From the NCBI RefSeq assembly GCF_006345805.1, contig NC_042999.1, positions 63,488,001 to 63,552,000 on the forward strand: a DNA stretch of 64,000 bases, given 5' to 3'. Under the pieces are notes generated by a model. The model did not search any database. It saw nothing but the letters and a program-made list of their open reading frames with translations, and had not been told where the DNA came from. Origin of the DNA: Octopus sinensis. Taxonomy: Eukaryota. The position numbers and the translations under genes are program-made. Below, piece by piece: positions 1 to 10,169 of the stretch (its first letter is position 1; every line of letters begins with the position of its first letter).

Positions 1-54
1 TAGATGGATGGATGGATGGATGGATGGATGGATAGATAGATAGATAGATAGATA
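1..54. repeat. (GGAT)n(GATA)n microsatellite, 3' tail of Tx1-like copy A
   Basis: Read directly; abuts the AATAAA-containing 3' end of the LINE on the minus strand. Confidence 0.95.
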
Positions 55-1853
55 TGTTTCTTTATTAGCCACACAGGGCTGCACACAGATAGAACAAATT
101 ACAAGGTAGAGCTTTTCTTTTGGGGGTAAAAAAAGGAGAGTGGTGTTTTTCGATCAAAAGGGATCGTAAAAGGAAGGAAAAAGGACAAAAAAATGGGAGG
201 GGTTAAAAAAAGGGGGGGGAGAAAAAAAATGAATAATAGGGATCGTTATCACAGAAATGTCAATATGAAGTGTAAAGGGGAGGACAGGTGAGGTTTACCC
301 GTGGAAAGAAAAGCCTACGGAAAAGACCACGGTAACCTCGGTCAATGAAGTCACATGTTATATTTCTTTTTTTTTTTGCAAATAAGCAACTCTTTGTATT
401 AATTTTTATGGTTCATAGAATCATAGTCAAGGTGGCTTCGTCATTCATACGTGCCATCCTTGCTACATTCACCCATCTTTTTTTAAAACATTCACTAGAC
501 AAAACGTGCCTCTCTACTCTCACTTTCCTCTTCAAGTGATACTTGAAGAAGTTGATGAGAGATTGACCAGAGAGGAAAGTGTTTGTCTCTAATCCTTTCA
601 GGCGCGTCCACCAGATACATTCTTTCGCCGACCCGCTCGATGTGCTCGTGGCTTGACACTATGACGGTGACGTCGTCCGCGTATGCAGACACGCTCGTCC
701 CGCATCCCAATTCTCGCGGGATGCCCCTTAGAGTCGCCAGCTTCCGCAGTAGTGGCTCAAGAGTCAATACGTATAGAAGCGCCGAGAGGGGGCATCCCTG
801 ACGGACCGAACGTGCAATGTCGAAAGGTCTCGATAGATGTCCATTTACGCGAATTACCGAACGGATGCCTCTGTACAAGGCAGCTATCCAGCCGCGGAAG
901 ACGGGACCGAAACCAGCCGCTCTCAGGACTGCCTCCAAGTATCGATGGTCTACCCTATCAAAGGCTTTCGATTGATCCAAGTTGATCAGGGCCCCACCCA
1001 TGCCAGGTTGGTTAACTACCCTGTCTATGATGTAGCGCATCAGATGGAGGTTGTCATGGATGCTCCGGCCCGGCACGGCGCACGTTTGTGCGTTGTCGAC
1101 CAGTTTCTCGATGACAAGCGCCAACCTCTTGGCTAACACCTTTGTCAAAATTTTCAGGTCTGCATTGAGCAGCGTGATTGGTCTAAAGTTATCTATAATG
1201 TTTCCCTTGTTTGGATCTTTCTTTAGCAGAGTTACAGCTCCTCGACTCACAAAACCGGGTATGCTCCCGTTTTGCTGCCAGTTGCAGTATACCGCTGCCA
1301 AGACGTCTCCAAACAAGTCTGGCATACAATTGTAAAACTCGTAGGGTAGACCATCCAAACCCGGTGATTTGTCCCTCGAGCATTCTGCTATCGCTTCCTG
1401 CACTTCCGCCGCCGTGATGGCACCTTCGCAGCACCTTGCCTTTCTTGTCGAGAGTCGTGGCAGGCTATGTAGGTAGGCACTGAAGTCCACCCTACGTTCT
1501 TGCCCTCCACTCGTCCCGAACAGTCGGGCAAAATGCTGCTGAAAGGCCTCACACATTTTACTTGGCTCGAGCAATTCGCGCCCCTGTTCATCTACCAGTG
1601 ACCGAATGGTGGCTTTGTTGCCCTGTTGCGCCTCTGCCACCCGAGCCTCTCTCGCGGCTCCAACACCTTCGTTCCTTAGAGCACGCATCCTAGCTCTGAC
1701 AGCACATCCTTCGTGTTTGGCGTTGAAGTGTTGGTCGAGGGCCAACCTCGCCGCCAAAACGTCGGATGCGATGCCGCTTCTAATTGCCTCTTCTAGCTTC
1801 TTAACTAGCTCACCCTCTACTCTATTTCTATCTATGGCTAGTGCTTTGCTGTA
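55..1853 (-). mobile_element. Tx1-like (L1 clade) LINE copy A, 5'-truncated, internally deleted
   Basis: ORF 495-1910 has SPGLDGLPYEFY, NFRPITLLNADLKIL, LDQSKAFDRV, VRQGCPLS and YADD. No endonuclease is present. The RT is fused directly to the C-terminal region at ~626. The 3' UTR ends ctgtgtgcagccctgtgtggctAATAAA followed by (TATC)n. Confidence 0.93.
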
Positions 1854-1878
1854 AGATAGATAGATAGATAGATAGATA

Positions 1879-3710
1879 AGTTTCTTTATCGGCCACACAG
1901 GGCTGCACACAGATGGGACAAGTTACAAGGTAGAGCTTTCTTTTGGGGGATGAAAAAAAAGTGGGGGTGTCGTAGGTTTTCGATCAAGAGGGATCGTAAA
2001 AGGGAAGAAAAGAACAAAAAACAAAAAAATAATAATAAAAATAAAAGAAAATAAAAAATAAAAAGAATAAAAAAGAAAGAAAAAGAAAAGGAAAAGGAAC
2101 AAAAGAAAAGAGAAATGAAAAAAGAAGAAAAAGGGGAAGAGGAAAAAAAAGAACGATCAATAGTGATCGTGTAACACAGTGTTATGATATATGGTGTGAA
2201 GGGAAAAGCAAGTAAGGTTTATCCGTGGGAAGAAAAGCCTACGAAAAAGACCACGGTAACCTTGGTCAATATTGTCATATGTTACCACATTTGTTTGCAA
2301 GTGGGTAACCATCTGTTTTCAATTTCTGGGTTCATAGGATTATGCTCAAGGTGGCTTCGTCATTCATACGTGCCATCCTTGCTACATTCACCCATCTTTT
2401 TTTAAAACATTCGCTAGACAAAACTTGCCTCTCTACTCTCACTTTCCTTTTCAAATGGTACTTGAAGAAGTTGATGAGAGATTGACAGAGAGGAAAGTGT
2501 TTGTCTCCAATCCTTTCAGACGCGTCCACCAGATACATTCCTTCGCCATAGCCACAAGGATGATGAAAATAGCTCTTCCTTCCCGTTTGAAGGAAGGAGG
2601 CGTGACAATATTGACGATAGACTCAGCTGATAAACCGACTCGTCCCACACGTGACAGCAGTTGTTCGACACAAACTCACAGGTCGGAAAATGTTGGACAC
2701 TGCACGAGTGCGTGCAGAACGGTTTCGTCGCTCTGACCGCATCTCGGGCAGGTCGGCCCCGTGTTTCTCGAGCCGTGTCTGTAGAGCTTATCCCGAACGG
2801 GTAGCGCTTCTCGGTAGCACTGCCAGGCCAGGGATCTCTGGAAGTTGTCCATGGGCCCTGGCCCGAAAGTCGTCCTGAACAGGCGGGTCAGGTACTCCTC
2901 GTCGACGTCCAGGTTCGCCCCGAGCTCGTCGTCGTACCTCCCTCCACTAATCCCCTATAGAATGCTTTGGTTGTGTTGAAGTCACTCAAGGTCGACCCAG
3001 GACGGCAGAGTTGCTTGAGAGCAACGCGACACTCGCGGTGCCATTCGCCCTTCCTCGGCCTCTTTTTGATCCACGACTGCAGTTCGGTCATGGAGACGAG
3101 CTGCGGGAAATCGTGCCTCACAAACGGCGACCACACCTGTTCACCGTCGTCTACATATAGCCAGAGATGTCGCAGTCTCAGCGCGTGTCTGCGCATCATC
3201 AACCACGGCATGCCCAGCCCTCCTTTTAACGGGTGTTGACAGCAAATGGATCGCCTGACCATCGGGACGCATCCTTTCCACAAGAAGCGAAAGAGAATGC
3301 GTTGTAGTTTGGTGATGGTAGGGTCGGGACAAGGTACGACGGTCAGGCGGTAGTAGATGACGGACGCAATGTACGTGTTCGCCACATCGCCCGACCTTTT
3401 AGGGAGTTTCCTCTCGGCCCATTGCCGGGCGAGAGTGACCACCCTACTCGTTATCTCGTTCCAGTTCTTCTCCACTTGGAGGTCCGGACCAAACCAGACC
3501 CCGAGCAACTCAACCGGGCCGTCGGTTCAGCGTCCAACGACGGAGGCGCTGGTGGACGGCATGGGCTTGCTTCTCCAGGTGCCTAGTCGCAAGCCCACTG
3601 ACTTTTCCCGGTTGATTTTCGCTCCTGTCACCGCTTCGTAGTTTTTCAGTGTCTCGCCGACCTGCTCGATGTGCTCGTGGCTAGACACTATGACGGTGAC
3701 GTCGTCCGAG
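1879..3710 (-). mobile_element. Tx1-like LINE copy B, truncated within the YADD codons
   Basis: ORFs 3527-3868, 2888-3508 and 2332-2648 give DDVTVIVSS, YLGVWFG-like, and the CPRCGQSDETVLHALVQC zinc-knuckle region; frameshifted; same 3' terminus. Confidence 0.92.
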
Positions 3711-3771
<61 letters not shown>

Positions 3772-3836
3772 GGATGGATGGATGGATGGATGGATGGATG
3801 GATGGATGGATGGATAGATAGATAGATAGATAGATA
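3711..3836. repeat. (GATA)n(GGAT)n(GATA)n microsatellite between copies B and C
   Basis: Read directly. Confidence 0.95.
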
Positions 3837-4448
3837 TGTTTCTTTCTTAGCCACACAGGGCTGCACACAGATAGAACAAATTACAAGGTAGAGCTTTTCT
3901 TTTGGGGGTAAAAAAAAAAAAAAAGGAGAGTGGTGGTTTTCGATCAAAAGGGATCGTAAAAGGAAAGAAAAAGGACAAAAAAGGGGAGGGGTTAAAAAAA
4001 GGGGGATGAATAATAGGGATCGTTATCACAGAAATGTCAATATGAAGTGTAAAGGGGAGGACAGGTGAGGTTTACCCGTGGAAAGAAAAGCCTACGGAAA
4101 AGACCACGGTAACCTCGGTCAATGAAGTCACATGTTATATTTCTTTTTTTTTTTTTTTGCAAATAAGCAACTCTCTGTATTAATTTTTATGGTTCATAGA
4201 ATCATAGTCAAGGTGGCTTCGTCATTCATACGTGCCATCCTTGCTACATTCACCCATCTTTTTTTAAAACATTCACTAGACAAAACTTGCCTCTCTACTC
4301 TCACTTTCCTCTTCAAGTGATACTTGAAGAAGTTGATGAGAGATTGACCAGAGAGGAAAGTGTTTGTCTCTAATCCTTTCAGGCGCGTCCACCAGATACA
4401 TTCTTTCGCCATAGCCACAAGTATGATAAAAATAGCTCTTCCTTCCCG
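3837..4448 (-). mobile_element. Tx1-like LINE copy C (3' ~610 bp)
   Basis: KECIWWTRLKGLETNTFLSGQSLINFF...MIL* plus a 3' UTR nearly identical to copy A. Confidence 0.92.
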
Positions 4449-4464
4449 ATAGATAGATAGATAT

Positions 4465-4496
<32 letters not shown>

Positions 4497-5636
4497 GTTT
4501 CTTTATTAGCCACACAGGGCTGCACACAGATGGAACAAATTACAAGGTCGGGCTTTCTTTGAGGGGGGGTGAAAAAAACAAAAAAAAAGTGTCGTAGGTT
4601 TTCGATCAAAAGGGATCGTAAAAGGGGGGGGACAAAAGAAAAGAAAAATGAAAAAAGAAGAAAAAAGAGGAAAAAAAGGGGAAGAGGAAAAAAAAGAACG
4701 ATCAATAGGGATCGTGTATCACAGTGTCATGATGTACGGTGTAAAGGGGAAAGCAGATAAGGTTTACCCGTGGGAAGAAAAGCCTACGAAAAAGAACACG
4801 GTAACCTCGGTCAATATTGTCATATGTTACCACATTTGTTTGCAAGTGGGTAACCATCTGTTTTCAATTTCTGGGTTCATAGGATTATGCTCAAGGTGGC
4901 TTCGTCATTCATACGTGCCATCCTTGCTACATTCACCCATCTTTTTTTAAAACATTCGCTAGACAAAACTTGCCTCTCTACTCTCACTATCCTTTTCAAG
5001 TGGTACTTGAAGAAGTTGATGAGAGATTGACCAGAGAGGAAAGTGTTTGTCTCCAATCCTTTCAGACGCGTCCACCAGATACATTCTTTCCCCATAGCCA
5101 CAAGGATGATGAAAATAGCTCTTCCTTCCCGTTTGAAGGAAGGAGGCGTGACAATATTGACGATAGACTCAGCTGATAAACCGACTCGTCCCACACGTGA
5201 CAGCAGTTGTTCGACACAAACTCACAGGTCGGAAAATGTTGGACACTGCACGAGTGCGTGCAGAACGGTTTCGTCGCTCTGACCGCATCTCGGGCAGGTC
5301 GGCCCCGTGTTTCTCGAGCCGTGTCTGCAGAGCTTATCCCGAACGGGTAGCGCTTCTCGGTAGCACTGCCAGGCCAGGGATCTCTGGAAGTTGTCCATGG
5401 GCCCTGGCCCGAAAGTCGTCCCGAACAGGCGGGTCAGGTATTCCTCGTCGACGTCCAGGTTCGCCCCGAGCTCGTCGTCGTACCTCCCCTCCACTAATCC
5501 CCTATAGAATGCTTTGGTTGTGATGGAGTCACTCAAGGTCGACCCAGGACGGCAGAGTTGCTTGAGAGCAACACGACACTCGCGGTGCCATTCGCCCTTC
5601 CTCGGCCTCTTTTTGATCCACGACTGCAGTTCGGTC

Positions 5637-5637
<1 letters not shown>
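4497..5637 (-). mobile_element. Tx1-like LINE copy D (3' ~1.1 kb)
   Basis: ORF 5222-5638 with the CCHC knuckle TCPRCGQSDETVLHALVQC; 3' UTR of the copy B type; followed by (GATA)n at 5638-5712. Confidence 0.92.
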
Positions 5638-5712
<75 letters not shown>

Positions 5713-5978
5713 GTGATGAAATATACGAAAATCATCAAACATTTGTGTTTGTGTATGTGCGTGTATACATGTGTATTCTTCATTATATTTGGGGGTGTTT
5801 TTTGTCTTCACTCCCTGTTATAGATATTCCACTCCACTGCCTATATTTATATCTTTGAGAAACGTATCAAATCTTTATTCGATTTTTTTCCTTGAAATCA
5901 ACAGGATTGGTTGCCCTATCAATTATTATTCATGAAAATTTAAGCAATTCATCCTGTTCAAAACCCACACACACACAC

Positions 5979-6013
<35 letters not shown>

Positions 6014-6151
6014 CGCCACCACACCACCACTGCTGAACTCCGCAGTAAACATTTTAGTAAATACCACTTCCTCACAACAAAATCCACTCATTTTGGGAAT
6101 GAATTTCCCATCACATCACATTTTTTTCTTTTCATTAAACAATTGTTTCTA

Positions 6152-6305
6152 ATTTTGGCACAAGGCCAGCAATTTTGAGTGGGGAAGGAAAAGATCGATT
6201 ACATCGATTACATCGATTACATCGATTACATCGACCCTTGTGCTCAACTGGTACTTATTTCATCGACCCCGAAAGAATGAATGGTAAAGTCGATCTCGGC
6301 AACAT
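6152..6305 (-). mobile_element. tRNA-derived SINE family S1, 3' part, with (ATCGATTAC)x4 expansion
   Basis: ggtactta..atcgaccccgaaag..aaagtcga motif shared with the other S1 copies. Confidence 0.75.
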
Positions 6306-7296
6306 TTAGACCCAAGGGAGAAGTTTCAAGTTCGAATATGATGCGCTGCTCTGGATGGACATGGTTACCGAGATGCTATTAAAGGGTTGGTTTAACGTAT
6401 TGAAATGATATGCACTTAGAAGGTGATCGTTGAACTGGTCAGCTAGAGAACAACTTGTTTGGTCACGCGGAAGCCAGGGCAGAATTTGATGCAGTACAAG
6501 ATGTCGACAGATGTGCACATGCAGTTTTTGGTGAAGAGATGGAAGAAATGCCACGAAGAATTTTATCCGGCATGATAATGGTTTTGTTCGCACGCCGCTT
6601 TTTTTTTTTTTACTTCAATTAATAATACGCAAAAATTGAGATAACTAACCCGCACAAATTTCAACCGCTTATCTTTTCTTTTAACGTCGTGTCTGTAAAG
6701 TCCTGCCGAATATGGCTGAATTAATTGCCTTTTCCTCTTCAGACAAACCAATAAAGGAAAATACTGCGTGGGATAATTAAACACTTACCTTTATTTTTAT
6801 CATTATTTTTCAACAGATTTGTCTAGGATAAAATAAGATGCGGCTGCTTTTCTTGAAAAGCAATCCTGAAATATGTATGTGTTTATATTCTCATGTTTGT
6901 GTGTTTAGGTATGTGTGGATATGTGCGTGTATGTCTACATATGTTGACGTATGTGTTATGTATGTATCAAAGGACAATATCAGGTTTATCTTGAATGAAC
7001 TACATTGCCTATTTCAAAAAGTTTAATGTAACTGCTGAGGAAAGCCAAAAATATCACAATTGACTCTTCTCTTTTCAGACTTACTCCGTCCATTTGTCTG
7101 TGTAACAGCTTTTGTATTTGTTTGCTCTTCCGGACCTAAATATAGACATAAAGGCAGTTTCTCTTCTAAACGAAGTAAACATAGAAATTAATGAATGCAT
7201 ACTCGTCTGTTGCATTCATACACATATTCATTTGTGTGTGTGTGCGTGTGTATGTGTGTGTGTTAGCGTATATGTATATAACTTTATATATATGTA

Positions 7297-7409
<113 letters not shown>

Positions 7410-7411
7410 TG

Positions 7412-7615
7412 TAGTTGAAATTTATATAGGAAAACAAGAGACGAAGACAGGTGTATGAGCAACAAGCAAACGTATTAGTTTGACGCTCGGGAAAAAGAAA
7501 AAGTCTTTTGCGTTTCGAGCCTATGCTCTTCAACAGAAAGAAATAAGAGAAAATAAACAGAGAGAGAATGAAAAAAAAAACATGTAGATTTCAGCGGTCC
7601 AGCATGGCGAATGTA
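7412..7615 (-). mobile_element. Penelope-tail-like short repeat carrying a hammerhead-like motif (family H)
   Basis: Homologous to 17163-17410, 43788-44020 and 48480-48675; flanked by (TA)n/(TATG)n. Confidence 0.6.
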
Positions 7616-7623
7616 CATATATA

Positions 7624-8038
7624 CAGGAGTGGCTATGTGGTAAGTAGCTTGCTTACCAACCACATGGTTCCGGGTTCATTCCCACTGCGTGGCACCTTGG
7701 GCAAGTGTATTCTACTATGGCCTCGGGGCGACCAAAGCCTTGTGAGTGGATGTGGTAGACGGAAACTGAAAGAAGCCCGTCGTGTATATGTATATATATA
7801 TATGTATGTGTGTGTATGTTTGTTCGTTTGTGTTTCTCCCCCCCCCCCTCCAACATCGTTTGACAACCGATGCTGGTGTTTTACATCCCCGTAACTTAGC
7901 GGTTCGGCAAATGAGACCGATAGAATAAGTACTAGGCTTACAAAGAATAAGTCCTGGGGTCGATTTGCTCGACTAAAGGCGGTGCTCCAGTATGGCCACA
8001 GTCAAGTGACTGAAACAAGTAAAAGAGTAAAAGAGTAA
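7624..8038 (+). mobile_element. tRNA-derived SINE family S2, near full length
   Basis: A-box tggctatgtggtaag, B-box ggttcattccc, internal (TA)n(TG)n, and a (GAGTAAAA)n tail; many copies in the window. Confidence 0.88.
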
Positions 8039-8058
8039 TATATACATACAGAGAGAGA

Positions 8059-8100
<42 letters not shown>

Positions 8101-8443
8101 TATAGTTTTCATGAAGCATTGTCTGTTATATATAAAAGTTTTAAATATTTTTTCTAGCTCTTCGGTATTTCAGGGTTAGGTCCCTTCTTCAGGAAATTTA
8201 TGGAGAAAATGTGTTGATTACTATCATCACCATTTCTCCGTTGATTTTCAGAAAATAAAACCGGAAGAAAGCCCACGAAATTTTGTCCGGTATGAAAACG
8301 ATTCGGCCAGCTCGCCGTCTTAATAATCCTCTCTACTATAAGCACAAAGCCTGAAATTTTGGTGGGCTGAGGGTTGTTGATTACATTGATCTCAGTATTC
8401 AACCGGTACTCGTTTTATCGACCCCGAAATGATTAAACGAAAG

Positions 8444-8685
8444 GGATCTTTACCTTTTGACCGGAAGTTGTTGTTGACAAACAACAGCAGTAATGTCATT
8501 GATTGGTTGAAATTACCGAAATACGACAACTTTAACACGAAATAACTTTGTAAATATAAACTTTTCTCAAAAACGCTAAGAATAAAAGATGTTTTATATG
8601 ACACATTCTACCAGTATACGAAGTTTGAAAGTGTTTAGTTACAAAAAATTATTTTCTAAATCTGCCGGTCAAAGGGTAAAGATCC
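8444..8685. mobile_element. MITE with 24 bp TIRs, interrupting an S1 SINE
   Basis: ggatctttaccttttgaccggaag versus the reverse complement of ctgccggtcaaagggtaaagatcc (22/24 match); superfamily unresolved. Confidence 0.75.
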
Positions 8686-10085
8686 AACGCAAACCGACCT
8701 ACTAACAATTCTGCCTGCTCGTCGCCTTAAACTTTTCTTATGTTGGCACAAAATCAGTAAATTTGATGGACGGAGGCCCCTACTTTTGTCGTCAATGTAA
8801 ATCATAGAGTGAAGGTTTAAGTCTAGTTAAAGTTAAATATTCTATAGAGTTGTTTCTTTTTATTGTCACTTATAGATATGTTTCGATATGCTTTGTCTAA
8901 TATTTTTGTTTTTACCATGGAAGTCCATACAAACTGGTGAGTTTTAGCTCCCTCGGAGGCCCTATCAATTTCATCTTTACGGGAGAAATTTGGCAAGGTA
9001 GAGTAAGACTGCTACTAGGTTTGTTGTAGGAGACCCTCAGTATTCAATGGTACTGAAGGGACCCAGTAGATAAACATCAGTTTTCTTTTTTTTTTTTTAA
9101 GTTCTCTAAGAATTTTTTTTAGTTCGCAATGTACCAGCTGAAACTCCACCTTATAAGCCCTCGAAATCAACGTTTGCAGTGCTGTAGAATTATTTTACCA
9201 CACATCCAAGTCCTATCTGCGACTAGCAACAAAAAGCAGTTATAATAAAAAATTATGAGAATCCTTGTATTCAATTCTTGTTCACCACATCTCTTTGCTC
9301 ACTTTTCCTATCATTAATATAGTACTTATTTTTGTACCATTCACATCTCATATTGTTTTACTGTCCCTACTGTCTTCCACCTACCACAATATATATTCTT
9401 AACTAAGATTGATGTAATAAATATATCCATATTTCCTGTGTATGAAATATTCGAGATTCATTCATTCCGTTCAATTTCCTTCTAGACATTGTTATCATAG
9501 CTGACAAAGGAAATCTCTGCGTAAATTTGTGAAGATATTACGTGACTTATGGAGTTCGATTTTAAAAAATAAGAAACCTTTAGCATCAATTAGTTATGTC
9601 AACATAGTATATATGCTGACAACAGAAATATGCTGCAAACGAACAGTATAAATATAATTTCGAGAATTGAGAAAATAGAAGAATATAAGATAATATATAT
9701 TGTACATACAACATATATGTATTCTTCTCATTATGTTTCACAGAACTTTTAGTGTCAGATACTTTTAATGTCAGATAATCTCCATGTCGGTTTCATATCT
9801 CAATGTATGTAGTTGTCATTTATTTTAAAATCTCAGATAACGATATCGGGTACTTTATTTTGTTTTTTATTTTTTTTATTTTTTTTATGTGTAAAACATT
9901 TATAAAATCAGACACCTGGGGTTACCTATAATGTCACTTATCACTTTCTGAGAGAGCTTTTTCATGTTCCTTCTTATGCCATCTGTTTTTTGTACCGGTT
10001 TCTTTGATGTAAAGTATTTGGCATGTTGCCTAATGTAAAATGCCTATAGTATAATGTAATGCGATCGAGTTTATTATTCTCCTCC

Positions 10086-10113
10086 TCATTATTATTACTA
10101 TTATTATTATTAC

Positions 10114-10168
<55 letters not shown>
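10086..10168. repeat. (TAT)n microsatellite
   Basis: Read directly. Confidence 0.95.

Positions 10169-10169
<1 letters not shown>

Noticed and set aside
1854-1910. N-terminus MCSPVWPIKKLIYLSIY of the 471 aa ORF, and the similar ORFs at 3868, 4527 and 5783
   Set aside because: Read-through from the neighbouring 3' UTR and (TATC)n, not a true start
8917-8936. Kozak-like accATGG followed by the donor GTGAGT
   Set aside because: Only 6-7 codons, and no compatible downstream exon was found
9980-10005. GAAACCGGTA motif on the minus strand
   Set aside because: No CUGANGA core upstream
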